Source of the DNA: an uncultured Planctomycetota bacterium
GTDB lineage: Bacteria > Planctomycetota > Planctomycetia > Pirellulales > Lacipirellulaceae
Assembly: GCA_963719315.1 (NCBI GenBank)
Contig: CAVRBU010000001.1
Location: forward strand, 256,001 to 320,000
Direction of reading: 5' to 3'
Length of the DNA stretch: 64,000 nucleotides
Position 1 is the stretch's first letter, and every line of letters begins with the position of its first letter. The notes beneath the pieces are model-generated. The model made no database searches, was not told the DNA's origin, and saw only the letters and a program-made list of their open reading frames with translations. Shown here piece after piece: positions 51,308 through 62,756 of the stretch. The position numbers were made by a program, and so were the translations under genes.

Positions 51308-52551
51308 TTACCATTCATTTTTGAGAGTCAGATGTAGTTTGTGAACGATCTTCTGGGCCTTGCCGTTGGCGTCGGCCGGCGGCAGCTTGACGTGGAAGAC
51401 GAGCTGGTCGGCGGTGCTGCGTTCGGGGTCTGGGCCACCTTCGAACGTGGTGTCATTGCCGAGCTTCCAATCGACATCGCGGCCCGTGTCGCCGCGTGTT
51501 TCGTTGCGGATGTAACGGAGGTTTTCAATAACGTCGAGCGTAACCGGCTCTTTCTTGAAGTTTTCGATTTCGTATTTGAAGACCACGTCGTAATTGAATA
51601 AATTGCCGGCGACCCGCTTCATGTCGTTCTTGTCTTTCGTGCGTTTGACGACGATGTCCTGGGCGACACCGAGGTAGAGCCGCATCTCATCATCCTTGGG
51701 TGTGAATTTACCCCAGTCCTCCCCCAGAAAGGCGGTGGAAGCCTGGGCGTTTTCGCCGGTGCCCTCGATGAAGATGCGAACCTTGCCGTAAGGTAACGCC
51801 GCCTTGCCCAGGCCATGCGCGGGATCGTTTTTGATGACGTAGTGGATCGGCACGCGAAGCTTGTTTTGGGCGCGATCCAGGTAGTCGAATTCCTGCGGGT
51901 TGCAAGTGTATGTTTTCTGAATCGGAACGGCGCCGAACTTTTCGACGAGCATCTCTTTGGTCTCATTGAGGCCGATCGGCTTTTGGAATCGCGGGCCAAA
52001 GCCGGCCCACACGCCGGTTTCGCGGAATTCCTCGTTGGCGAGATTGTTGATCCGCATGTATTGGGCAAGCATCAGCTTCTTTTCGTCGTACGACGCAACG
52101 GCCCGGTAGTTGAAACTCTTGGTCAGATTTCCAAGCAGGTAGCTGATCCGCACACGGGCCGAACCCGAGGCGCTGCGCCGACCGTCCACACCAGCGAGGC
52201 CTCGTTGGGCGGGTAGCTGACGGAGACGACTTTCACATCGAGTTTCTCCTTCCCGGCCGGGCCGACGACGCGGAATACGATCGTGTTCGGGTCGATTTGC
52301 GTATTGGCCCAAGAGAAGTCGACCTGATTCTCGCCCTTGACGAGCGGCACGATCCGTTCTTCCTCGACGAGCGTCGCATTCGGATTATCAAGCTGGATTT
52401 CCACGCGCTCGCGGACCGGAAGCGTGATGAGTTTCACGCGGGCGGAGGCGGCTGAGGTGTAAAGAAATACGAGTGCGACGAGCGTCAGCAGCATGCCCGC
52501 TGAGCGAGCGACGGAAAGATGGTTTAGGTAGTTGCGCATACGGATACCCAT
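51308..52551 (-). CDS. Secreted DUF4139-like protein, divergent third member; frameshift near 52175
   Basis: TLVEEERIVPLVKGENQVDFSWANTQIDP parallels A/B; LGKAALPYGKVRIF, FLGED, YEIENFKKEPVTLDVIE; joins ORFs 52123..52551 and 51308..52312. Confidence 0.8.
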
Positions 52552-52583
52552 GAGAATTTCGACGGAAAACGGTTGTTCGCAGG

Positions 52584-52611
52584 TTAGACGCGGCCGTGTT
52601 GGGAAAGTTCC
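52584..52611 (-). promoter_or_regulatory. ECF sigma-type promoter for the DUF4139 operon
   Basis: The minus strand reads GGAACTT-15 nt-GTCTAA, 32 nt upstream of the first gene. Confidence 0.6.
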
Positions 52612-52782
52612 AGCATTTTGTAGAGCAAGATAGTAGGCACGCGCCGCCAGCCGTATCTGAAGTGGTTCTCCTTTTGGAACTGCATGGCAGCGGTGTATTT
52701 TGGCTCTGCATCGGCACGCGGAGCGTGCCTGTTACAGTGCGTCTGGCCGCTTGCCGGATTCGCCCTTATAATGCGGTCTGTC

Positions 52783-53621
52783 ATGCGAATCGGGGCTGTC
52801 AACTATCTGAATAGCAAGCCGCTAGTCTACGGCTTGCAAGAACTTGCACCGATTCACGAATCATTTTCGATCTGCCAAGTCGGTTGGCCGATACCCTTTC
52901 CGCCGGTCGGCTGGATGTGGCGCTCATTCCGTCGGTGGAGTTCTTTCGCACGCCGGGGCTTCGAGTTGTATCGGATGCTTGCGTGGCCTGCCGGGGGCCG
53001 GTACTGAGTGTGAAACTGCATTTTCGCGTGCCGCCGAAGGAGGTGCGGCGCGTGGCGTTGGATGAGGGTTCGCGGACGAGCGCGGCGCTCACGCAGATTC
53101 TGCTGGCCGAAATGTGCGACGTGCGGCCGGAATGGGAGCCGTTGCCGATCGGGTGCGGCGCGGAAACAACCGATGCGGATGCGGTGTTGCTGATCGGGGA
53201 TCGGGCGATTTCAAACGGCGAGTGGGGAGTGGGGAGTGGGGAGTGCGGAAGTACGAAACATTATGGGGTCTGGGACTTGGGCGAGCAGTGGAGCGCTTGG
53301 ACGGGATTGCCGTTTGTGTTTGCGCTGTGGATTGGGCGCGACGGAGCTAATATGAGCGAAATGGCCGGCGCGTTGGGCGGGGCTCGGGATCAGGGGGTTC
53401 GGCAATTGGATGAAATTGCCGAACGCGAAGGGCCGCTTGTGGGAGTGTCCGTGGATTTGGCGAAGACGTATTTGCGGGACAATTTGCATTTCACGATGGG
53501 TGCCAAGGAGCGTGAGGGGCTGCAAAGGTTTTACGAATTGTGTGTTGCGCATGGATTGGCACCGAGCGGATTGGAAGGTGTTTTGAAGGGCGTGGGGAAG
53601 GTTAAAGCGTGTCGGAAGTAG
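52783..53621 (+). CDS. mqnA: Chorismate dehydratase (futalosine pathway); frameshift near 52850
   Basis: MRIGAVNYLNSKPL, DLPSRLAD, DVALIPSVE, SRTS, LLIGDRA, DLGEQW, TGLPFVFALW; TATAAT at 52767-52772. Confidence 0.9.
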
Positions 53622-53666
53622 ATTCGCCCTGGCGGCTGATGCCAAACGGCGATTGAATTCAAGATT

Positions 53667-54881
<1,215 letters not shown>

Positions 54882-55266
54882 CGCGAAGAAGGGTCCGTGG
54901 TAGAATCGGTGTAAGCTGTTATAATGCGAGCTGGAGAAGTTCCATATGGCGACTGTTCCCGATCGACCAACGTCCCCCTCCGAGCCTCAGCCAGCCTGGG
55001 ATGTGGCGCTTCTCTATCCGAGCCAGGGCGATTGGAGCGAATTCGAATATCTTGCACTAGACACCAATCGTTTGGTGGAATTGATTGACGGCAATCTGAA
55101 AGTATTGCCCATGCCAACTATTTCTCATCAGCAAATCGTCGTTTTCCTGCTCGAAATACTCAAGAGGTTCGTCACGAAGCGGCAACTCGGAACCGTACTA
55201 ATCGCACCGTTGCCCATGCGGATCCGCGACAGAACATACCGCGAGCCGGATGTGATTTGTTTTTCC

Positions 55267-56785
55267 GTAACACATCAGTTGCCTGAAGCAGTTTTTTCAG
55301 GCAGGGGCAGTAGTTGTTTGGTTTCGAGGTAGGTTTCAATCGCCGCGATGACTGTACGAATGGGATCGTGGCCGCGCTGTTTGAGGGTGCGAAAGATGGT
55401 CATGAGGACCGCCTGGCATTCGGCTCCCCGTTGGCTGCGATTGCCGTAACTGTTTTTGCGGAGGATGACTGCGGGGCGAATCGAACGCTCGGCGTGGTTG
55501 TTGTCGAAAGGAACGTCGTCGTGATCGAGGAACGTCAACAAGTCGTGCTGATGCCGCCGGAGACGCTTCACCAAACGTCTGGCGTGAGCATCTTCCCACG
55601 ACCCGCCGACGAGCTCCGCCAACCGCCGGGCGAGACAATCCCGCCGCGAAGCGTACGTTTGGGCGGACAGATCCGGCTTGCGTCGCCACAGCCGAATCGC
55701 GTCGCCCACCAGACGCCGCAACTTCTTGGCAAACAGAGGCCAATGTTGGCCCGGCGATTTGTATTTTTCGGTCTGTTCCAACTCGCGCAGCAAGTGCACC
55801 AGGCACGTTTGTCGCGCAGCGCAAGTGACCGCGTTGTACGCGCTCCAAAAGTCTGTAATCAACGTGCCCGCAAACTCGTCGACGAAGAATTTGGCCAGCG
55901 CCGGACTGCCCCGCGAGCGGTCGATCAGGTAGTACGTCACCGACTGGTTGCTGAAGCACCACAGCCAGTGCGTTTTGCCATTGGTTCGCCAGCCGGTCTC
56001 GTCCCCGTGCAACACGGCCGACGCCAGCGCTTCGGAGTGAATCTGCTCGTACCAGGCAAACAGGATTTTCTGCAGCCGCTGCCACATCTGCAGCAAGCCG
56101 CCAGGGGTGATGTTGAGTTGCAGATGGAAGTTGAAGACTTCGACGATTTGCGAGAGCGTGTTGCCCAAAGCGTAGTGCAGCCAAGCACTGAGCACCAGCA
56201 CGCGGTTGCCCAGCGTCGCGCCGGGCAACGCGGCGACCACCGGTGGCTCGACCTTTTTGCGGCACGCTGGACACCAGTCGCGATGGATCGTGTGTTCGGT
56301 GACTTCCGGCTGGATGTCCGGAATGTCTTCCGTATAGCGGGTGCGGATTTCTTGGCACGATTGCAAGCGGCTGCCACAATCGGGACACGAGCGGATGCGA
56401 TGGTCGACTTGCCAGTCGATCCGCTCCGGAGGCGGCCGACGCGAACCCGGATGACCGTGCTTGGCTCCCGGTTTCTTTCCCCGTTTGCGTTGGGCCGGCT
56501 TTTGGTAAATCGGCACCATCCCCGAAGGCGTCGACGGCGTCACCGAGCAATCGTTACTCTTGGCCCTCGACTCGGCCAGCTCCTTCGTCAATTCCAACAA
56601 CGCAAAAACCACCGCTTCCTTGCCGCGCGCATAAATCGCTTCCGCCTGATGACGGCTCAGCTCTGCGGCGCGCAACGCTTGTACCGTCTTCTCGGAGATC
56701 AACTGCGTGTCCACTGCCATAACCCATGGACATAACCCTTTCCAGCAATTTAACCAAGATCAACTTCAGACGGCTGGTGTGTTAC
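55267..56785 (-). mobile_element. IS66-family element with a single ORF (ISBst12-like group), 1519 bp
   Basis: Ends GTAACACATCAG / CTGGTGTGTTAC; 8-bp target duplication GTTTTTCC (55259-55266 and 56786-56793). Confidence 0.93.
55275..56720 (-). CDS. tnpC: IS66 transposase
   Basis: PSTPS, GAKHGHPG, CPDCG/CPAC zinc finger, DETGW, QTCLVHLLREL, DNNHAERSIRP. Confidence 0.93.
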   Translation of the reverse strand: MAVDTQLISEKTVQALRAAELSRHQAEAIYARGKEAVVFALLELTKELAESRAKSNDCSVTPSTPSGMVPIYQKPAQRKRGKKPGAKHGHPGSRRPPPERIDWQVDHRIRSCPDCGSRLQSCQEIRTRYTEDIPDIQPEVTEHTIHRDWCPACRKKVEPPVVAALPGATLGNRVLVLSAWLHYALGNTLSQIVEVFNFHLQLNITPGGLLQMWQRLQKILFAWYEQIHSEALASAVLHGDETGWRTNGKTHWLWCFSNQSVTYYLIDRSRGSPALAKFFVDEFAGTLITDFWSAYNAVTCAARQTCLVHLLRELEQTEKYKSPGQHWPLFAKKLRRLVGDAIRLWRRKPDLSAQTYASRRDCLARRLAELVGGSWEDAHARRLVKRLRRHQHDLLTFLDHDDVPFDNNHAERSIRPAVILRKNSYGNRSQRGAECQAVLMTIFRTLKQRGHDPIRTVIAAIETYLETKQLLPLPEKTASGN

Positions 56786-57236
56786 GTTTTTCCAAGGAGC
56801 AGGTGATTGCGCCGGACGACAAGTATTTACAGGGAGCGAATTTGGTAATTGAAGTAGTCAGCGACGACGACGAATCGCATAAGCGCGATTATCAAGAGAA
56901 GCGCGCCGATTATGCGGAATTGGGTATTCCCGAGTATTGGATCGTCGACCCGCAAGAGCGGCGAATTTCCGTGCTAATGCTCGATGGCAGTCAATATCGC
57001 GTTCATGGTGAGTTCGCACCGGGCCAACAGGCTTCCTCGTCGTTCCTCGCGGGCTTTGCCGTAGATGTGTCGGCGGTTTTTGCAGCGGGGCAGATTCTCT
57101 CGTGACCCCATATTTTAGTGGCCATTTCCCTGCTCTGACGGGCTGAAATAAGCTAAACTTCCCTATGGGTTCATCGCCTGGAGGGTCGCTCGGGCGTTTT
57201 ACGGGATGAAGCGTCGCGAGCGGAGATTCGTGGCCG

Positions 57237-57995
57237 ATGATTGATGTCAGGTCCCTCACAAAGGCGTACTCCGACCTGCTGCGCGGTGAGGTGCTCGCGC
57301 TGTCGGGCCTGACGTTCTCGGCCGCCGCGGGCCAGGTGTACGGATTGTTGGGACCAAACGGCGCCGGCAAGACCACCGCGTTGCGGATCCTGAGCACGGT
57401 GCTGCAACCCACGAGCGGCACGGCGACGGTCGGGGGCTTCGATTGCGTGACGCAACCCGAAATGGTCCGCCACCAGATCGGCTTCATCTCGGCCAACACG
57501 GCGGTATACGACCGCATGACGGCCTGGGAAATGGTTGCCTACTTCGGCCGCCTGTATGGCATGGAGGAAGAAGAGCTGCGCGAGCGAATGGAGCTGCTGT
57601 TCGAGCGGTTGCAGATGCGAGAGATTCGCGATCTGCTGGGCGCCAAGATGTCGACCGGCATGAAGCAGAAGGTTTCGATCGCCCGGGCGATCGTACACGA
57701 TCCGCCGGTGCTGATCTTCGACGAAGCCACGACCGGCCTTGATGTTCTTGTGGCGCGGGCGTTATTGGATGCTGTTGCCGAACTTCGCGATCAGGGCAAG
57801 TGCATCCTGTTTTCGACGCACATCATGCGCGAGGCGGAGCGGCTTTGCGATCGGGTCGCTATCATGCACCGCGGGCTCATTTTGGCGGAGGGGACGCTCG
57901 ATGAACTCCGCGATCAACAATCCGAGCGCGACCTGGAAGAACTTTTCTTTCAATTGATTATGAAGCAGCAGGAGGTGGAAGTCGTGAGTAGGTGA
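57237..57995 (+). CDS. natA: ABC transporter ATP-binding protein, NatA-like
   Basis: [47 protein letters not shown]. Confidence 0.85.
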   Translation: MIDVRSLTKAYSDLLRGEVLALSGLTFSAAAGQVYGLLGPNGAGKTTALRILSTVLQPTSGTATVGGFDCVTQPEMVRHQIGFISANTAVYDRMTAWEMVAYFGRLYGMEEEELRERMELLFERLQMREIRDLLGAKMSTGMKQKVSIARAIVHDPPVLIFDEATTGLDVLVARALLDAVAELRDQGKCILFSTHIMREAERLCDRVAIMHRGLILAEGTLDELRDQQSERDLEELFFQLIMKQQEVEVVSR

Positions 57996-58043
57996 GTAGG
58001 TTCCCAGCCGACCTACCACTCACTTCCTCACCTACTCACCTAC
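57984..58043. repeat. Inverted octamer tandem repeats, same family as 38336-38405
   Basis: gtgagtag gtgagtag gt ... cacttcct cacctact cacctac. Confidence 0.65.
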
Positions 58044-58046
58044 ACC

Positions 58047-60413
58047 ATGAACTGGCGCAACATACGTCTGATCTACGCCCGCGAGATTCGCGATCAACTT
58101 CGCGATCGGCGGACGCTGTTCATGATCGCGGTGTTGCCGCTGCTGCTGTATCCGCTGCTGGGAATGAGTATCTTTCAACTTTCGCAGTTCGTGAGGAAGA
58201 GCGAGCCGAAGATCTTGGTCATCGGCAGCGAGCAGTTGAGCACGAGCGACGAGATGCCGCGGCTGTTTATCGACGGCCATTTTGCCGCCGACCTGGCGGG
58301 CGACAGCAAAATCGCGGATTGGCTGCATTTGGAGTTTCAGAAAGGCGCAGGCACGAAGGGCGATTCAAAATTGCCGGCGTCGGAAACGAAGAAAAACGAG
58401 AATCCCGAGACGCCGGCCGCCACTTACGAGGAGGCTGTGGCGCTTGCCGAGGAGCGGCTCAAATCGGGCGACGTGCAGGTGGTATTGAATTTCCCGCCCG
58501 ATTTCGGCGAGCGCTTGAACGAGTTGCGGGCCCAAATCGAGGCGGGGGCGGAGGGCGCGAAACGAACGAAACTGGATCGCCCGGCGGCCGAAATAATCCC
58601 CAGGCCGCAGTTGATGTACAACTCCGGGAAGGAAAAATCGCGCGTCGCCCACATGCAGGTAGAGCAGATTCTGGATGTTTGGAAGTCGCAGATCGTCCGC
58701 GAGAATCTGCTGGCGAGCCGCGTTCCGGCGAACGTGGCCCGGCCGTTCGAACTTCAGCCGCACGACGTGGCCGAGCGCCGTCAGCAGCAAGCGCTGATGT
58801 GGTCGAGGATACTGCCCTTCGTGTTGTTCATTTGGGCCCTGACGGGCGCTTTTTATCCAGCGGTGGATTTGTGCGCAGGCGAGAAGGAGCGCGGCACGTT
58901 GGAGACGCTCCTTTCCAGCCCGGCAGCGCGGATTGAAATCGTATGGGGCAAGTTGCTGACCGTGATGACGTTCAGTTGCGCGACGGCAACTCTGAACTTA
59001 TTGAGTCTCGGCGTTACCAGCCGTTACGTCATGTCGCAGTTGAGTCTGATGCCCATGGGCGATCTGGGCCAAGGCCTGGAGCTGCCGCCGTTCACTTCGA
59101 TGCTGTGGCTTCTCGCGGGGTTGCTACCGATGTCCGCGCTGTTTAGCGCGTTGTGCCTGGCACTCGCGGCTTTCGCTCGCAGTACGAAAGAAGGTCAATA
59201 TTATCTGATGCCGCTGTTCCTGGTGAGCATGCCGCTGATGATGTTTCCGCTTGCGCCAGGCGCGGATTTGAACCTCGGCAACAGTTTGATCCCAGTCACA
59301 GGCGTCATTCTGCTATTGATGGGTTTGGTGCAAGGGGACTACGCCGAGGCCTTGCGGTATGCCGTGCCGGTGGCCGTCGTGACGCTCATCTGTTGTCATT
59401 TAGCGATCCGCTGGGCCGTCTACCAATTCAACCAGGAGTCGGTATTGTTTCGCGAAAGCGAGCGGCTCGACCCACGGCGTTGGCTCATGCATTTGGTACG
59501 CGATCGGCGGGATACGCCGTCGCTCGCGGAAGCATTTTTCTGCGTGGTGCTAATCTTCGTGATTCAGTTCTTCATGCAGTTGGCGCTTTCCGCGAATGCG
59601 CCGGCGAATCCCGGTTTCACGTTCCTGGTGCTCTTGCTCTTCATCAGTCAGATCGTCTGCATCGCTCTGCCGGCGTTGTTGATGGCGTTGTTTTTCACCG
59701 GTCGGCCGCGGAAAACGCTGCTCCTTGCTCGAATGCCAAGCGTAACGACTTGCGGGGTGGCGGTGCTGCTGGCCGTGCTGTTGCACCCCTTCGGATTGCA
59801 ATTGTCGTATTGGATTCAGAAGCTATATCCCGTTTCCAGAGAGCTTCAAAATAATCTCGATATGTTCGTTGGGTTGCTGAAAACGGCGCCGTATCCGTGG
59901 CTGCCGTACGTTCTTATGGCAGTCTTGCCGGCTCTGTGCGAGGAGCTTGCTTTTCGCGGTTTCGTCCTGTCGGGCCTGCGGCATTTGGGCAGTAAATGGT
60001 GGGCGATTGGCTTGACGTCGGTGTTCTTCGGAATGGCGCACGGAATCGTGCAGCAGTCGTTGTCGGCGGCGGCACTGGGCATGGTGCTGGGCTACATTGC
60101 CGTGCAAACGGGTAGCATCGTGCCGTGCATGTTGTTCCACGTGACCTACAACGGGTTAGGGATGTCGACCGCGTTTTGGCCGCAATTGGCCGAGGGGTGG
60201 CCGATTCTTGAATCGCTAATTCATGCGACGGGCGATGGCCCGATGCTCTTCAATTGGCCCGTTACCGCCGTTTGCCTCGCAGCGGCGACTGTGCCGTTAT
60301 TGTGGCTGCGGCGGTTGCCGTATCAGGCGACGCGCGAAGAGCAGATCAGCGACGCGCGGGCCCGGCAGCCACATCATCCGCTGCCGGCCGGTGCGCCGAG
60401 CAGCGCGGAGTAA
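58047..60413 (+). CDS. natB: NatB-like ABC permease fused to a CPBP (Abi) intramembrane protease domain
   Basis: REIRDQLRDRRTL, AGEKERGTLETLL, FARSTKEGQ; EELAFRG, FGMAH and FHVTYN CPBP motifs. Confidence 0.85.
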   Translation: MNWRNIRLIYAREIRDQLRDRRTLFMIAVLPLLLYPLLGMSIFQLSQFVRKSEPKILVIGSEQLSTSDEMPRLFIDGHFAADLAGDSKIADWLHLEFQKGAGTKGDSKLPASETKKNENPETPAATYEEAVALAEERLKSGDVQVVLNFPPDFGERLNELRAQIEAGAEGAKRTKLDRPAAEIIPRPQLMYNSGKEKSRVAHMQVEQILDVWKSQIVRENLLASRVPANVARPFELQPHDVAERRQQQALMWSRILPFVLFIWALTGAFYPAVDLCAGEKERGTLETLLSSPAARIEIVWGKLLTVMTFSCATATLNLLSLGVTSRYVMSQLSLMPMGDLGQGLELPPFTSMLWLLAGLLPMSALFSALCLALAAFARSTKEGQYYLMPLFLVSMPLMMFPLAPGADLNLGNSLIPVTGVILLLMGLVQGDYAEALRYAVPVAVVTLICCHLAIRWAVYQFNQESVLFRESERLDPRRWLMHLVRDRRDTPSLAEAFFCVVLIFVIQFFMQLALSANAPANPGFTFLVLLLFISQIVCIALPALLMALFFTGRPRKTLLLARMPSVTTCGVAVLLAVLLHPFGLQLSYWIQKLYPVSRELQNNLDMFVGLLKTAPYPWLPYVLMAVLPALCEELAFRGFVLSGLRHLGSKWWAIGLTSVFFGMAHGIVQQSLSAAALGMVLGYIAVQTGSIVPCMLFHVTYNGLGMSTAFWPQLAEGWPILESLIHATGDGPMLFNWPVTAVCLAAATVPLLWLRRLPYQATREEQISDARARQPHHPLPAGAPSSAE

Positions 60414-60496
60414 TATGTCGGCGTAGCTGGATTTGCAAAAATTCAGCTTCGTGCTACACGTGGCTGAATTCTTGCTAATTCAGCTACAATCGATGG

Positions 60497-61754
60497 ATGC
60501 CGATTTCTATTCGAGCCCGTGTGGTGTTTCCAGTCGACCGTCCGCCAATTGAACGCGGCGTGGTGACGCTCGACGGCGAACGGATCGTCGATGTTGGAAC
60601 GCAGGCAGCCAGCGACGACTTGATCGATCTGGGGTCGGCGGCGCTCTTGCCGGGTTTGGTCAATGCACACACCCACCTGGAATTCAGCTATCTACGTCAG
60701 CCTTTGGGTACGCCGGGGATGTCGCTCGTGGAATGGATTCGCCTCGTGATCGCGGAGCGGGGGCGGAATGAACAATTATTTACGGAGCCGCTGGTTCGTG
60801 GTGCGCAGGAGAGCATTGCGGCGGGCGTAACGACAGTCGGAGATATCGCGACTAACCCCGCCGGAATGCTGCCCGGACTGATTGACGCGACGCACTTTCA
60901 CGAAGTGATTGGTTTCTCGCGGGCGCGGGCGGATTCGGCCCTGAAAGCGCTCGTAGACCGAATTGACTTTGCCCAAAAGGCGCTTGCGAATTTGGGCTCT
61001 GAAGCAACCGCCCGTTTGCGGTACGGCATCAGTCCGCATGCGCCGTACACGGTCTCTCCGCGGCTTTTAAGTGAACTCGTGTCTTTGGCGCAAAAGCGCA
61101 ATCTGCCGATGGCGATGCATGTCGCCGAGAGCCGCGAAGAACTGCAACTGCTCCGCGACGGCGACGGTCCGTTTCAAACATTACTCGAGGAGAGGAGTAT
61201 GTGGGATGCGGATGCCATCTCGCGCGGCAGCCGGGCTCTCGACTATCTACACTTGCTGAGCGCCTGCGCCGCGTGCGCTGGTGATTCACGGCAACTATAT
61301 GGATGGCGAAGAACTGGCGTTTTTAGCTGCCAAGCGGGAGCGGATGTCGCTCGTTTATTGTCCGCGGACGCACGCGTATTTTCAGCATGCCGCTTATCCG
61401 CTGACGCAAGCGTTGTCGGCGAACGTGCGTGTCGCACTGGGTACGGATAGCCGGGCGTCGAATCCCGATTTGGATTTGCTGGCGGAAATGCGATTCGTTG
61501 CGAAAGCACATCCCACGGTCGATCCGCACGCCGTATTGCGGATGGGCACGTTGGCAGGTGCGGAGGCACTTGGGAGAGACGACGCGGTAGGAAGTCTTAC
61601 GACTGGAAAGTCAGCCAATATGATTGCGGTGCCGATTCCACTTAATGTGCGCGGCGCTCCGAATGAGTTATTGACTTCCGTTTTCGAAAACGAGGGGCCC
61701 GCGATTGCAGTGTGGATGAACGGCGAAAGAGCACGTGCTGTGCCTGTCGAATAG
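60497..61754 (+). CDS. Amidohydrolase, SAH/aminodeoxyfutalosine deaminase-like; frameshift near 61265
   Basis: PGLVNAHTHLE, SPHAPY, MHVAES, IHGNY, CPRT, LGTDS. Confidence 0.85.
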
Positions 61755-61789
61755 AGCGGAAGTCCGATTTTGTCCTAATTTACTACTTA

Positions 61790-62756
61790 GAACCCCTAAC
61801 AAAACCCTTCGGTGAGTATGTTGAAGCAGATGAGAGATTGAGCCAGAGTCACAAAGGCTTTATGGATATCGGCCCTCCGATCAAATCGCGTTCGCAGCCG
61901 CCGGAAATTATTCATCCAACTGAGCGTACGTTCGGAAACCCAACGATAAATTCCTAGGCCGCTGCCATGTTCCGTATTGCGTTTAGCCAAGTGGGGTTTG
62001 ATGCCGCGATCGCGGAGTGCTTGTCGGTGCTTTTCGGAGTCGTACGCCCGATCCGCATACACCTCTTCCGGACGCTGTTTCGGCCGGCCCGGTTTGCCCG
62101 CCACCGGCTCGATTCCGTCAATCAACGGGATCAGTTGGGTCACGTCGTGTCGATTGGCGGCGGTGAGAATGAATTTGAGCGGGACGCCGTTCGCATCGGT
62201 GACCACATGATGTTTACTGCCGGGTTTTCGCCGATCCGTTGGGTTCGGTCCCGTTTTTTCGCCGCCCCCTACAGCACGAACCGTCGCACTATCGACTGCC
62301 GCTCGCGACCAATCGAGTTGATCGGCGCTGCGCAGATTCTCCAACAATGTTTGTTTCAACGCCTCCCAGACGCCTGCTTCGTGCCACTCCTGTAACCGTC
62401 GCCAGCAGGTCATTCCAGATCCACATCCCATTTCCAGGGGAAGATATTCCCAAGGAATACCCGTTCGTAAAACAAAAATGATTCCGGTCAAGACTTTGCG
62501 ATCATCGATCCGCGGTCGGCCTCCTTTGGGGCTCGGTTCGTGTTCAGGGAGTAAAGGAGACAACATCTCCCACAATTCGTCAGGAACTAATTCTTTAGCC
62601 ATCGTTGGTCCTCCAGATAGTTGGTTTCACTCCAAAGGAATTCTGGGGACAATCAACGCCGTGTCACGACTGCAATTTCAAAAACAAGTTTTACATCTTC
62701 CACAACGACTCGAATCAATTACTAGCACTGCTAGTAGACAGTATTGTTAGGGGTTC
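61790..62756 (-). mobile_element. IS5-family insertion sequence, copy 2, 967 bp, inverted relative to copy 1
   Basis: Same IRs; TTA on both flanks (61787-61789 and 62757-62759). Confidence 0.93.
61796..62602 (-). CDS. IS5-family transposase
   Basis: Differs from copy 1 at two residues (NLRS vs NLHS, DRAYD vs DRVYD). Confidence 0.93.
   Translation of the reverse strand: MAKELVPDELWEMLSPLLPEHEPSPKGGRPRIDDRKVLTGIIFVLRTGIPWEYLPLEMGCGSGMTCWRRLQEWHEAGVWEALKQTLLENLRSADQLDWSRAAVDSATVRAVGGGEKTGPNPTDRRKPGSKHHVVTDANGVPLKFILTAANRHDVTQLIPLIDGIEPVAGKPGRPKQRPEEVYADRAYDSEKHRQALRDRGIKPHLAKRNTEHGSGLGIYRWVSERTLSWMNNFRRLRTRFDRRADIHKAFVTLAQSLICFNILTEGFC

Larger units (their letters stand above)
54946..57105 (+). 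pseudogene. Uma2 (DUF820) family endonuclease interrupted by IS66
   Basis: Removing the IS restores VELIDG..MPTISHQ..REPDVICFSKEQ..LVIEVVS..RDYQEKRADYAELGIPEYWIVDP. Confidence 0.92.
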
